NCBI GenBank assembly: GCA_000934665.2
Contig: JYFJ02001796.1
Location: 1 to 64,000 of the forward strand
Direction of reading: 5' to 3'
DNA length: 64,000 nucleotides
Source: Catajapyx aquilonaris
Lineage: Eukaryota
Part shown: piece by piece, positions 39,201 to 53,600 of the stretch
Layout: each line of letters opens with the position of its first letter
Numbering within the stretch: the first letter of the stretch is position 1
The notes under the pieces: generated by a model
What the model saw: only the letters and a program-made list of their open reading frames with translations
The model's database searches: none
What the model was told of the DNA's origin: nothing
Position numbers and translations under genes: made by a program

Positions 39201-42200
39201 AACGAGGGGAAGGTTTATAGAATTCCAAAGCTATCGCTTGCGCAGGAGCCAGAAACAATAGTCCTCAATCCCACTGTACCACAATGCTGTTAATACATAG
39301 TAAATCAAGGAAGGAAGCAGAATATAAGGAGACCTTGGCCAAAGTGGTGCTGAAGACGCACTTGAGCCCTCGGATATATTCTGCTGGTTGTGTGGGTACG
39401 CAAGATAACCCGCTCCCTCGAATTTATTGTTTGCTTCCGTGGAAATTGTAACTTTCGGTCTCATAACTGATTAACACCCTATACAAACACAACTTTGGTT
39501 TCCAGGCTCTTGTCGAAATGTTTTATCACGCCAGGCGAAATACTTTTAGTGTGACGGCAAAGAGTCTGTACAGTTCAGTATCTAATTATGAATTCCTGTA
39601 ATTCCACGCACATACTGTCCCCTCCCCGCCTATTACAGTGCTGCGAGAGATGGCAGGATTCCAATATTGTAATTATTTCAGGTAATGATTGCAGTAATTT
39701 ACAACATGTGTTTAACTAGGCAGATGGGCCTCTCCGGAACCAATTAAGTGGACTGTTAGCGTTGTATTATCCTTGAGGCGCCATTTGTGTGTTACATGCA
39801 GCGTGCTATTACGAACATAATTTAAATTTTTGTATCCGATTGCTGTTAATTATTCTAAGGTGTGAAACTACTCGTGCGTGTGTTTGGAAGTGTTTCTCAA
39901 ATTCCACACCTTTAGGTCCATGCACCTGTTATTTTTGTACTCCCGGAATGCACGTGTAAATCCATACATCCTAAAACAGGGGGGTCTGATGCAGCTGCAC
40001 TAAGGGGCAACTTCTTCTCTTTTTTTCTTATTCTTTTTCTAAGGTTGGTTAGACTGTGCGCCTTCCACACCCATCTTGTATAGGAGCCCACCCGAAGCCC
40101 GAGTGAAAAATATGGAGCCGGCAACCTAATTTGGGGCTGGGCGGAGTGTGAATCGGGATTGTAAGTCTGCCATGGCCGCACTTGAAGATGGGGAAAGGAG
40201 GAGCGCAGGTATCTCTGGGAATATGGCAAGAATTCTGAGAAGGAGGGTAATTCTTTGGAATGTTGAGGATGAGGAGCTAAATGACAGTTACTGGATGCCA
40301 TTTCAACTTCCACCCTCAACTGAACCGTGATGGGTTCTGACAGGTACACCCGGAGCGATCCCCATGCGAAAAATGGTTGACCTCACCTTTTAAATGAGCT
40401 TCGGGTCCCTTTTACTAATATTTAAAACCTGGGAGGAATATTCATGACCGAATTCTCCATTTGTAAAAAAAACTATAATGCGTTAACCAGAGTTACTTTC
40501 TGGCCTCGGGAGTGGAGTAACAAAAGTAACGTGACACTGAGGAAACGAGGGACAGGAATGGGACTAGTCGGGCTGTCAAATCAGATTTAGCTTTACCCTG
40601 GGAGGATTGCTAGGATCGCGGGGGCTCCCTCGGTAATGGAGCCGGTCGGCTTGAATCCTGAGCTGCAGGCAATGCTCCCAGCACTTGTCTGTGCGGCACC
40701 ATTATTCTTTTTCAGCCTGGGAAAATATTTACGTTTCAAGAATGCAATTTGCACTGTGTATGCCTGTCAGCCAAGCACCTGAAATGTAAGTCAAACTCAA
40801 ATGCAAATTGAAGCTTGGGAATGATATTGGTGACATAATCGTGATTGGTATAAGTTACCAAAAGGCAACTCTGCAAAAGTGCAAGGCTTTATAGGACTTC
40901 TTCGCCCCCAAGAAACGTACGGAAGTAGTGTGAAAGGTGAGGGAAAGAGTGAAGGTAGCTTGCCTGCAATAAATTCCTATATATTCATCGTAACATCAGG
41001 TCGGAGGAAAGTGTCTCCCTGACGGCCCAAATGCGGCCCATTACCGCAAATAACGACTCCGACGTCCTGACAGCGTCGAAAGCGCTGTAAGAAACGCCAC
41101 CTCCTCCCCTTCTGTCTTTTGCCAGAAAAAAACCTTGTTTACTGGTGCAAGTATAGGCATAAATCGGAAGTCGTCTGACGTTACGCCAGGGTTTGATGGC
41201 GGCAGAGGTACCCCCTGTCAAGTTTCCTGGCGCAGTGTGTTTTCCGTACAGCTGACGATGTGAGTGCATGGGAAAGAGTAGTGAGTCCCCGAAGATAGTT
41301 GTGAGCGGAATGCTTTCTTTGGAGGCATGCGAAGAGGCGCCCCATAAAGCCAGGGGCTGTGACGGGTGAAGAAGCAGGCCCCAGCAGCACGGAAAAGAGG
41401 TAGACCTGCAAGAGCTGCTGTGATGGCATCTTGAAGCAAATCGTTGCAGAGCCTGCCTACTACCTATTTCCCAGTTCATAGAGCAGGGGAAGGCCCGGGC
41501 TCGCCACGATTGCCCAAACATTGGCCCATTAAGACGGACGGAATGGGGCCAGGCTTTCACAAGCAGCTCCCTCACACTGGCCCATTTTGCTCAAAGTCTG
41601 CCAAAAATGGGGCTCGTAACGGAAAAGTAGCGACCTTCCCTTTTACTGCACTCACTCTAATGCGGAAAGCCAATAACTTATTGTTTTGGTATTAATAGTG
41701 GCTAAAACCCGTGAAAAAGAGGCCTGGATGCTGCAGTATATGGGTTACCACCAAGGCCTATGTATATACTGCAGTATACCGCACAACCACCGGCCACAAC
41801 TACAGTAAACCACGTTAATGGACACTCTATGGTCCCGTAAAAAGTTATAAGCTTATGTAAGTGTAGAAATGATTAAAGCTGTTTAGCCTAATATGGCTTA
41901 AGCAGCAGCCCTGCGGGTCTCTGCTACAAATGTGTTGCTCGAATCTTCATGCATTGCTCAAATTGGTCGAAAGTCAAATGATGGCATGGTACGGTACCAT
42001 CAAACGAATTCCATCAAACTTATTTTAAGCTACTTGGATATAAATAGGATTAATCAATTATCAGATCTCGACTTCGTGACTTTTTTCAAGCATTTTGCTC
42101 CCTATAATACTCTTAGAACTGTACGATATTTCAGCTGACAGATTGTTAGTGCAGTCTTGGAGCTCTATTGTCGTCATCTAGAGAGCAGCAGACGACTTTT

Positions 42201-42953
42201 TATTTGAAATCCAGGCGACCAGAAATAATTGCGGAGTTTGTGCCCATTAGGGGATCACTCTTCGACGCAGCTCGATATGAAAGTGATCTGCTGGGGCCGA
42301 GCGAGTGAATTAATACCCGGTTATGCATGGGGAAGTCCTCAGGCATTATTGCATCGAACGGAACCATTGTCCGCGTCGCTTTGGTGGGAAAAAAATATCT
42401 GGTGCGCCCTGCTGCCCGTCGCCCATGATGCAGGTATCTCGTTAAATTAATAAGCAAATGTAATGCCGAACTGCTGGGTCCTATGCGCCTCTGGGCACGA
42501 TTTATGGCCCCACCCAAATGCACTACGGAAATAATTTAGTCGCTCTGAATCATTCATTCTTACGACCTCTTTAAGGATAATCAATCGACTTTAAATCTTC
42601 CATTCATGGGGCCATTTGGGCATCGCAAACCAGAGTTACACTCGGGAAATCCATGCCAACGACTAGCTGTATAGTCGTGCTGCTTCAAGGTGCGTGCCAA
42701 GGATACAAAAATGACTCCCCTATCACCAAACTTTATTACAGGACATGGCATGTCACAAGCATGGCTCTAGTCCCGCGGTTTAACGCTTCGTGGATAATGT
42801 GCAACTTCCATTATGGGTTTTAGGCGTGCCTGTGCATGTATGGGACTAATATGTAGAAGGAGCGAGATTCGGGCTGTAATAATGTTCCCCCTTTCCGATT
42901 GTTTGGTCAAAACCAGAGTCGCGGGACGGACGATACGATCTTTTCGCTTCTGT

Positions 42954-42977
42954 CCACCACCACCACCACCACCACCA
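42954..42977. repeat. (CCA)8 microsatellite
   Basis: Read directly. It gives the poly-Pro run in ORF 42813-43082. Confidence 0.9.
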
Positions 42978-45900
42978 CATTTTTTTTTCTTCCATCAACA
43001 ATTAGCATGTCGGTGCCGATGGAATGCGCGCGTCTTTGACACTGCCACTGCCACATTCCGGTGGTCGCCCAAGCGCTTCTGACGTCCTAACGACATTTTT
43101 ATAGCGCCCCGGTGTATTAAACTGCCGCGTATACGCAGACATTTAAGGTCATCATAGAGATTTGTGCCGGGATTGCCGTGGGTATAAAACGTCTGCGGGA
43201 GAGGAGGAGGACCTTGACACGTTTCGGTGTTTTGACCTGGATGCCTCCAATTGTTGTGTGGGCTCCAAATCGCGCAGTGGACATTTGCATTTGAATCGCC
43301 TTCTTCGGACCAGCATTCCTCCAAGTGTGTGTTTGTGCGTGTGCTCAGACCCTCCAGAGTCGTTGTCCACCCCTCTTTTCCTTCCACTAAAAAAAGAGGA
43401 GCCAATCCGCACGGGATTCACCAATTTGGGTCTGGAACGGCCATCCCAGAAACTGATGACCTCAGCGTCCAGCAGCAGCAGGCCGATGGGGTGGTTAGGG
43501 AAGAGAAGAGAAGAGAGAGAAGGGTGTTCCCATAGCAACAGAGCATCAACTCGCCTCTTCCTCTCGCCATAAAGTCTCATTTCCATTGACGAGATGGACC
43601 TACTTGCACTCTGATTGCTTTTAGATTAAGATGACCCAATTCGGAGGGGGCCAACTTCGGGTTTTGGGACAGTGTCCATTCCTCGCTGTTATATTTATAT
43701 TCATGGCGGCAACCACCAGCCGAGGAAAAGGATTACGTTAATTCGTGTTTACTAATGTGCAGCCTTTCTTAGCAAGATCCTTGTCAGTTCGTCCCTAAAT
43801 TTGTCTTTGCTTCTCCGAAATGTGCGGCAGTAACTTAGTCGGAGGTGCCAGACAGGTGCGGTTGTAGTATTCTGTAATCATTTGTTTCTTTGTCTTCGCC
43901 AAGCCTGAGGATGATCTAATCAATTTTTCAACACCAGAAACCAACCCTGGCTCGATTTGGGTCACACATCTGCCTTTTTTTCTAATTTGTTCCAAATTTG
44001 TGACCGGTCCTTATAACGGTTTTGGAGTCAGTTTTTTGTGTGTCCGTCTCCGGCATGGCTGCGTAATTCAGTAAATTTCACAGCGCAGGCAGGAACTGGT
44101 TGTATGGGCGTCCCTTGATATTTGCCTGGGAAAGGGCGGGTCAGTAATCTAAAGGCTCCAACACAAATAACGATGGTAGGTGTACCTGTCATCATGCGCT
44201 GCGGATAAAAAAGAAAACTGAATGTCGAAACGTACACAAACTACTTTTGAACCCTGACTCGACGTACAATAACTCGCCTCTTTTTATATCGCTTCAGATG
44301 AGATAGATGCGTGAGCCTATTCACTCCCATAATGCGTTACGGTTATATTTAACGCACGAAAACCGCAGGGATTGTTAAGAATTTCAAGCAGCTTTGGAGG
44401 CCACACGGTTTACAAATGAGGGGTCAAGCCAGTTGTGTAGTTTCGAGACGCCGAGTTTATTTTATTGCAATCCAAGGTGATGGAAATTGATTCCCACCAC
44501 TATGAGCATTCCAGCTCGTAAAATATCATGACATTCTGTTGTTTCTTTTTTGGTTTTGTTTTTTAGTTCCGACCCCATGAAAGGTGCTAAATGAAGACCG
44601 ATTATAGTCGGAAAGCATGGTAACCTCCTGATGGAAAGGATTTTGGGGATTCCTCAGGTGGAATTAATTTCGGGGGAATTCTTGTTAACCTCTGCCTGAA
44701 GGCGCAATCACTCTCTGTCTTTTGTGCGTCTAAAGCCGGGTACAATTGAACTCATGATGCGATGGCCAAGGGATGCGTGCGGTGGAATCTGTCGGATTCG
44801 GAGGGGGAAATTGTGCGTGTGCCTGTACACCGAGGCCGAGACCGTATAAATAGTTGTGTAAAGGCACGCTAAGTGATAAAGCAGGCTTTTAAACTGGACG
44901 TCAAATATGTCAAGTTCACATTCAATAACTGCAGGTGTAATGAATAATTACCTGAAAAATAATACGCTTTACAAGTACAGTAGAATTATTGCATTGAACG
45001 TAAAATGCATTGTCTCGCCAGCTAGACAGATCCGAAATGAATCAAGGCGACAATTTGACGGCAAGCACTCTCGCCGTGACACATTCCCGCAAAATAAGTA
45101 GAGCACATGCATAATTTGCAAGTGTCGCCTTATAACATCCCCATATCGTACCGCCGTTTTTGTTTCTCCCCTTTATTTAATGACGAGCCTGCCACATGAA
45201 ACTGGGCCGGACTTTTGTGATGGGTGGGGGTGTATGTGTAGTTAGGGTCGAAAAGTTAGGCGCGCTTGAAAATATGATCCCATTTTTCATGGGACACGTC
45301 GGCTTTGTCCGCGTTATTCACGCCACTTGAGGAGCAGACGGGGACGGCCGTGCAGGGGGACACAGGCCAGCACTTTTCTAGCCGGGGTCTGGGTGGCGGG
45401 TGGCCGCCATCTGTCCAGGCCCCGAGAGCGTGTCTAATGGATCCCAAACTGCAGCCAAGAAGTCGCTTTTCTGCCGGAAAACTATACTCCTAGGCCCGCC
45501 TGGCCACCTTTCCCCCCCCTCCGGCTTCCTCCCCGTTTGTTTTTATTGTTGTGGCCTATTTTTTGAGGGGGGCCAGGGCGTCGATGTGCTTGCGGGCAGG
45601 TTGGCTCTGTGAGGCGCAGTGAAGGATGCGAGTAATGTCCATGGCTAAACTCGAGATGGCGGTGGTTGGAGCAATTATAGGTCAATTTATGGGGGCAGAG
45701 GGGAGTTCGGAATTACCTCCTCCTGCACTGAGGGTAGTTCACTGCTTCCAGTTTCCCCTGAGGCATTAGACAGATATACTGCGTGCCACGGGGCTTAGAA
45801 GGCTTTGAGATACTGCGATATTTTTTTCAAAGGTGTTTGCAGTGCAATGTCGAGTGTAAGTAAATGGTGCCAACTGCTTGCAGAAATCAAGAGCGATGTC

Positions 45901-46897
45901 GTTTACCTGATTAGGAATGATGCATTGCCCGACGAGAGAGTGGTGATGAAGGCAAAAAGGATTGCAACCTGTTGAAATCAACACGTGTTACAAAGCAGGC
46001 TGGAGCTTACCAACAAGTATCATTTGCGTTTACCGCATGCAGCACTTGAGGTTCTACTAAACAATTCGAGTAGTACGTACTTGGATACAGCATTATAATA
46101 CTGTACTGATGAACGTACACGTGCAGTACTGTATACGTGGTGCTCTCATGCACATGTCGTCTAACTCATACGGATGGGGTCACTTATTTGGTTTAGATTT
46201 ACTTAATAAGGAGATGATGAAACGTTATGAAGTATCGCATATTCTGTGTCGAACAATTATGCTTATGCAATTCCTGTCACTTTTGCATGAGGACAAAGCA
46301 AGAAAAGAACATTATTAAGAAGAGTTCAAACTTTATGTTTGACATACAATATTACTTGATGGGTTACTCGAAATACTGCGTCGTGAGTATACCAATGATA
46401 TTTGCTGAAGTAATTTTATGGGTATAAAAAGTATCATTCTTGGTACTAGAAATATGCAATATTTATTTCACGTATCTGAAATAGTTTCTGTGGATAACGA
46501 CCACTCTCCCTTGATAATTGGTTTGCAATGCCAAATGATGCAATGTATACAAACGAAGGTGGCAAATGTCACTGTCCATCTCTGTCTAGTGGGCGTCAAA
46601 TTCAGAAATGCGTGTATCACCGAGTAACGATATTGACGTTGTGATATGCCTCTGAATTAGACTGTTTTGTCAGCTGGACCTGGTCTACGTCAACCACACG
46701 TTAACACCTTCAGCATACCCTGTGGCACATTGATTTTGACTCCATCACAGGTTTACAAGCGTTCACATTATCATTTCATCTGGTTATAACGATCAGAGAG
46801 GGATAATATTTTCTCTCTGATTATTATTTTGGCTTCGACTGGACATTCCGAAAAATGACAAGATATTATATTGCGACTATATTTTAAAGTGTCTGTA

Positions 46898-46915
46898 AAT
46901 CACTGTACAGTGATT
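46898..46915. repeat. Perfect 18-bp palindrome aatcactgtacagtgatt
   Basis: The sequence equals its own reverse complement. Confidence 0.9.
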
Positions 46916-49900
46916 CTACTGAACAGTACACCTCTTGAAGCATAATTATATATTGTCATAATTTCTAGTAGTTGTAAATGCAGGCATAATATAACTGTGT
47001 CAAACGTAAAAGTCCATATAGAAAGGCATGGGATTTATTAATTAATTTTTTAAATTTCAAAATATAGGAATGGATACATGCCATGTACCCTCTGAGGCCA
47101 AACATAGCGGTCAGTTTTGACCAGATATGAACCGAAGATTTCCGTGGCTCAGTGTTAATGACCTTTGAAAATATCTGCACGTGGACTCCACAAAGCTGGG
47201 TCAGATTTATTTGCGAATCCTCCAGGATATAATCGTATCTGGACTCCGGTCTGGAGGTTGGGGCAATATCCTGAAGCAGAGGAGCCATAGTCACCCTGGA
47301 AAAGGCAATAAAAGCGGGAATTCCCTGACAAACCCCTTTTGGCCAAACTTCCCCTCGAGTTTTATCATCTTCCAAATGTACTTTTTAGGAGCGGCCTAAT
47401 CTGAATTTTAGACCCCCCTCCGACCAAGCTCCCGGCCTATTCATTCCCATGTTGTATTGTTATTCAGATGAAAAGAGGAATGTAGGGAAAGGGAGCGGAG
47501 GGCTACTCTCTTGCCAAATTTTTGCTCGACGCCACCCAGTCATAACGCCCTCGTAAAGAGGGATAATTTGTCCGGAAGAGCCGTTGTGGAGGGCAGTTTG
47601 GCGTGGCTGCAGCTCGTTGTGTGTGGGTGTTCATGTGTGTGTATGTCCACCCTTCCCCTCCCAAAGGCCCAAGAGGTTCAGACTGTCATTTTGATAACGC
47701 CGGCTGTGTCACTTGGAACTGCTGCCTCGCGTGAGGATAGGACGGAAGGAAGGAAGGAAAAGGTGGGGGAGGAGAAGAAAGAGAGAAAAAAAGGTCGAGT
47801 CGAATCCTAGGTCACCGGACGTTCGAGTTCCAAGGTGGAAAAGTGCGACGGTTTTACTGCAACTTGGAGGTGCTCTCGTGGTTGTAAAATGGTCCCCAGC
47901 TGCACGCATCCCCATTATACCCTGGCCTGATAGCATTGGAGAAGGCGCACTTGTCACGCGCCTTTGGACGGCCATCAGGGGTCGCCAGTTGGCCTGCAGA
48001 AGAGGTTATTGGGGGATCAGGTCCGCCACGCTTCAAGGTGATGCTCTGTTGTACTGTCGAGGACAAGCTGATGGAGACAAAAGAGCTGGAATTTGGTGGA
48101 ATGCCGGTAGATGTCTCTGAAGTCTGAACCAATTCATTATCGGTCCTCCATCACTTTGAAACTTTCAAAAGACATAACTTCCGTTTGGGGCGGAAATTTT
48201 TGGGACTTTCGCGGGCATGTTTTTGAAAGCCATATTATGCTCTAAATTTAAAATAATAGAAGTGTGTTCTCTTTCACAGGTGACATGTCAACAGCCGATG
48301 CTGCTTTCAGAGGAAATTATCTCCTGAAAAGGTAGGCCACCAAGTTTCTCGCGAGCTTGAAAACACATATGCAAATATATTTTAAAAGAGTGGACATAAC
48401 CACTGGGAGAGATGCGAATGTTGCTAGTTTCCTGGGAGGTTTTGGGATGGAAAAAAATGACCTGTGGGCCGAGGTTCGCACACGCGAGCTGTCACACGAG
48501 TGCGACACTCTTCATGCGTCACGCCATTCATTACTGGGAAGCATTCAGGGGGGGGAGAGCTTGGAGATGGATTACTTTAGGCACACCTGAAGCTCGGATA
48601 GGGAAATTTAGCATTTTTCACTTGTTGCAGAACCGTCGGAGTCATGAAATGTATGATTTTGAGATGAATGCGGAGGAAACGCGTTTTTTTTCTATCCTTT
48701 CATGAGCCAGAAATTTCTTCACGAAATGATTACCGACTGCAAAGTCCGGAGAAGATAAGGCCAGTGAGCGCAACAAAGAAGAGCTACAGTCCTCTCTTCT
48801 TCTCCATTTTTTTTCCGGCGGATTCCGCCAAGTCTCTGGTGGCCTTTACTTTCCGCCGACCCCGCAGTCGACATCAAAGAAAACGTGTACGGAGAGGAAA
48901 AATCTAATGATACGTTTCCTTGCCTGTGAGCTATTAACGTGGACTAATGGAAAATCCAGTGGGAAATGCCTTCCTCGTCCGCACTTGACTAGCTCTCCCC
49001 TTGCATGATTGTGTTATGATGATGATGACACGACCTTTGCCAAAGACTGGGGCGCAGCTTGTTGGCTGCTGCCGCCGAGAGAGGGGGCGGATGGGGAGGG
49101 AAAATGATGAACAGGATATATCAGATCAAATCTCCCTGGCACTGCCAAGATGCGAGTGAATTCTCCCTATTGAAATAGGCCGTGACAGTCTGCGATCATT
49201 ACATTATGTCGGATCATCAGCCACACGCTTTCAGTCCATTGGTGGATTTTTTGATGGTCACAAAGAGATATGTACAAAATGAGTGGTCACTCCTTGAATC
49301 TTTTCACATTTGGACAAATATTTGGACAATGGTGGAGTGCACCTTTCCCACTAGCAGTAAGCTGAAAGACATTACAGTAATACAGGTTGAGAGTTAGTAC
49401 GAATGGCTCGCGTTTGTTGTAATTTCCGATGGATTAATCGCGGTAATATTATTCGACTGCGGTGTCAAATCAGATAAGCAGTTCTGCCAACTTGCGGACC
49501 CGGCTCCAATAAACCATAACGGGATTGAAATGTCGCCTGGCACATGACAAGAAACCAGTAATAGAGTATAACCAATCTCATTTCCAGTTCCGGAAAGAAT
49601 AAATTCAGACCACCCCCCCTGGTCCAGACGTGACGCAGTAACAAAAGCGAAATTCGAGGCACGAGTACCATTTCTCCATTACCACACAGAAAGTAGGAGA
49701 GTATTGATACAGGATCCAGGCCAAATTGCGTTCACACCACCAAAACTAGAAGCCTCTGTTAAGGACCCCTTGTGTGTGTCACCTCCCTCAACGGTAATGG
49801 GATCACTTCCAACTCGATTTTTTACACCCTTACACATGCGTGGCAAAGCAAAACCTCTTGTCGAAATGAATTGCTTTGTGGGCCAACTGTTTTGTCACAT

Positions 49901-50527
49901 GCTGAAAGGCCATAGAAAGTCCCAGAAACAGTTGACAATATGTATGGCTTTATTTAAGGCGGTTTTCTGGGGAATGAGTAGGGTCTAAATGGGGCGGGCG
50001 TGACCGAGTTGAAATTAGTATTCGACAGTCGACGGCCGAGGACAAAATGTGCCGCACTTTCCACGGGGACAAAAACGCATCCTCACGACAGTTTTAATCA
50101 TGCACAAAGTTGGGGACACGAGTCACAAGGTTACGTAGGGTTTTCATTATGTGGAACTTGCGGATTTGCGGTTAGTAGGTCAGCATGCCAGTGCAGTACA
50201 ATGAGCCGAAACGTTTTATAGGCGGAAAGTAATAATGAAGCATAAAACCAATGAAACGCACAATGGACGACTGTACTACAAGCCAGCCATATAAGCTTGA
50301 TCCAGCAGGCTTAATAAAGGACACTTTTTTGGGGGGGGGGGGGGAATCCAGCGCGCACTCAGGTAGACACTGTGTGTTAAACGCGGCGAATTACAGTGAT
50401 TTCACGTCACTGCTTGACATCAGACCAAATTAAGGTACAAAAAATGTACCGGCAGTGCGGCTGCCACTAGTCTGCATAGAAAAATACAATCAGACTCATG
50501 TAAGTGGATTGCACTGCAGCATTATGA

Positions 50528-50669
50528 GTAAGTCGAGCTTTTTTACGCAACTGGGAGCCATGTTTTATTACATTACTCGATAGTCCGAAGCCACAACACT
50601 TGTGCCGGGTGGCGCAATTTGGACCGGATCTACGTAAGTCGAGGCTACGTAAGTCGGGGCCTGCCTGTA
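50528..50669. mobile_element. pogo/Tigger-like right terminus with subterminal repeats
   Basis: On the minus strand it reads TA|caggcaggccccgacttacg, the CAG...CCCCGACTTACG form I recall for Tigger-type ends. The gtaagtcg motif recurs as a 15-bp tandem (ctacgtaagtcgagg 50630, ctacgtaagtcgggg 50645) and at 50528. No matching left end found. Confidence 0.55.
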
Positions 50670-53600
50670 CAGTGTGCTCCATAATAAGTCACACTTTCGG
50701 TTGAACAGGGAGGGACTACAATACGCGGCAGTAAATCGGGTGTGTAAAAGTTTTGGCCCACGCTACTACTAACAATATAGGGGCCTACATGCAGATGAAG
50801 CTGCGGGCGAAACTGGGTGGACGCCAAACCAGCATCCGGGGCCAAATCCAGGGGAAAAAGAGGAGTCCAGGGCTAGCTAGCTAGCTGGCCATTCGTGCTG
50901 GCGATATATCACCCGGCTCATTCCTCATTAATCAAGGACCGCCAATTCCCCAGATAAGGCGAGCATCTCCCAAATAGGCCCGGACGGCTTGCGGGGGGAT
51001 TCCAACACGAAGCAAAAATAAACCGAGCATGCATGACCGAGTCATGAGCTGGCTGGCTTCAGATCCCTGCCTCCGATTAACTCTCTTTAGCTGCTACTTT
51101 TTGGGGTGGGAGAGAAAAAAAATTAACCAATGGAAAAAGAGAGAGGCGAATTGTTTTAGGCATAATACAATTTCTGGGGGCTTGTTTCTGACACGCAATA
51201 TTCGAGTTCGACTGAAGGCTAATTTTTGGGATAGAAAAATCATGGCCGGACAACAACAACAAAAAATGTTTTGAACACGCGCGTTTTAATTACGGCGGAC
51301 TGCATTAAATGCCGGGTGAATGTCATATTTCATTTTAACGCCCAAATAATGGCTTCTCAAACTCTAAATGTCAAGTCGCATGTTTTGTTTGCTTCTTTAC
51401 GGCGCAAAATTGCAGGCTGCTACCAGAAAGTGCTTTCACGCGATCTGTATAGCCATATACGTGTATGGCCGGAAGAGACGCGGTATATACTTGTGACGAG
51501 ATGTATGATGACGACGGTTGCTCATCCTGATGGAAAAGTCGGTGTCTGGTGGGCAAAATTAGTATTTCTGGTGCACGTGTGTATATAGTCGCCATGTCGT
51601 CTCTTTCTAGGCTGATTTCATTATTTTGTTAGTCATTTCATGCCGAATAGACTATACTGTACCTGGCTATGCCAAGACTGGTTATAGGAGAGAACATTGC
51701 TTTGCATAACAAAGCTGCTGGAAGTACTCAATTAATGCATCTGTCAGCCATGCGGAGACTGCTGATGTGCTGTGCAGTATACTTGACCGTACCAGGCTAC
51801 ATTGTATTATTAGATAGACTGCTCAAGGCTGCTTACTCTACTCTACTATATATGTATATGCCTATTCTTAGTGCATAGTACAGTACGATAATTTAGTTCA
51901 CTGTACTTTAACAAGTTATATACCGAGGAATCAATTTAACTGCTTAGAGGCAGTAAACACTTGTGTTTACTGGAAATGCTAAGGACGTGGAATTTAGCAT
52001 ATGCGTAGAATATGCAGGTTCTGTATAAATGTGGGCAAGTCAGGTTATTTTGTACCTTAAAAATCTGATAGGGCTATTCAATGTACGGCTCCTTCGTCCT
52101 TGTTGATGGACCATATAGGGCAGGTTCCTATTGGCCATGTGCTCTACGTAAGCTAGTTGTTGACTAGAAAAAAATTATCACAAATCGAAGACATACTGGG
52201 TATGCTAACTTGGCAAAAACATTTCCAGTCCCCCAGTGCTATTATAGGGCTACATTAAAGGCCGCTTAAAGTACAGCACGTTCAAAAGTCGGGAGTATTA
52301 CAAGGCGTAAGAGAACAATCATCATCGCATTCGTTTTACTGGTGCCAGAAAGTTGGCCTGTACATAACCCTATACTGCAGACAAGCACATCATGTTCATT
52401 CCGCGGCTCCATAATAGTGCTGTACCGCGTAAATGCAAAAGAGAGGAAGGGCTTTACATGCCGATGCTGGAAGCCCCTAATTGGATTAAATACTGCATTA
52501 CTCCCCGCTGAAAGCATTTGAAGCCTATTAAAAATATAATACAATAGTTGGTAATTGATCCAGGCTCTCTCCAGCAGGCAAGTTGTGTACATAGTGCGGG
52601 TACTATGCAGGTAGGAGAAGAGTAGAAATTGTAAACGGCCAGCCTCCGGGGGAAGAGAGAGAGAGAGAAAAAAGAGGCTAAAACCGAGTCCCATTTGGAT
52701 TCGGCAGAGGGTCTTGATTGGCTGAGGCTGGCAGTAGGAACCATGCCCGCCGGGAATGTAAGTCGGCATTAGAATTTGGAAGTAGTCTGAGAAGGAAAGG
52801 GCGTGTCTGCTGATGCTTCTTGCTTGCTTGCCTCCCCATCTCAGCAGCAAGAACTAACCAGAAGAAATCAATAATATGCATGGACAGACCATTGTTCTTG
52901 CAGGGATTTTGCAGAGCGTGCGAATCAAGCCAAGCTTCGTCTAGTTGAGCTCTGATTTGTCCAATTAAGGCTCTCTGGCTTGTCGCCTGGCTTCAAACAC
53001 CCCCCTATCCTTTCGACCACCTCCCAGCAGCAAAAGCTGAAGCTCAGCACACACTCCGTATGCAACTAACGACCAGGGATCGATTACTGAGAGAAACGCA
53101 CATCTCCTCAGGGCCTCTGATTTGCAATATTCCGACACGTTCTCTCCCGATGATTAGTCGTATGCCGCACCCTTCATATACACTTCACACACACATATAC
53201 AATATGTACCCCCTCTGATCCCCTTGACTCGCACGTGTCCCTCTCTTTGCTAATTTTCGTCTCTTCAGAGGAGAAGGGGAGGTTAAAAATTGCCGGTTGC
53301 AAACAAGGATGAACGAGCCTTTGTGTGCGAATAAGACCTATTCAACGCGACGGTGTAATGACCGGTTTGAGGGTTCACGTGGACGTGACGAGTATGGGGG
53401 TGTCGGCCATAAAATGAAGGGGACCGCCAGCCCTCATTCACTTTTTTGGATAATTTAGGCCGATTGTCGCAGATCCATGTTCGACTTTCAGGGGAGGAGA
53501 AAAGAAGGATTAGGCTAACAAGAACTTGTTGGATGTCAAAAACCTGGCTCAAATTACGTTTTTAATCGGTGACTTTCCATTGAGGAGAAGAGCAATGAAA

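Noticed and set aside
50451..50471. ggcag-tgcgg-ctgcc followed by actagt, resembling a Helitron 3' end
   Set aside because: The stem is only 5 bp and lies 1 nt from CTAG rather than about 10 nt. No 5' end was identified.
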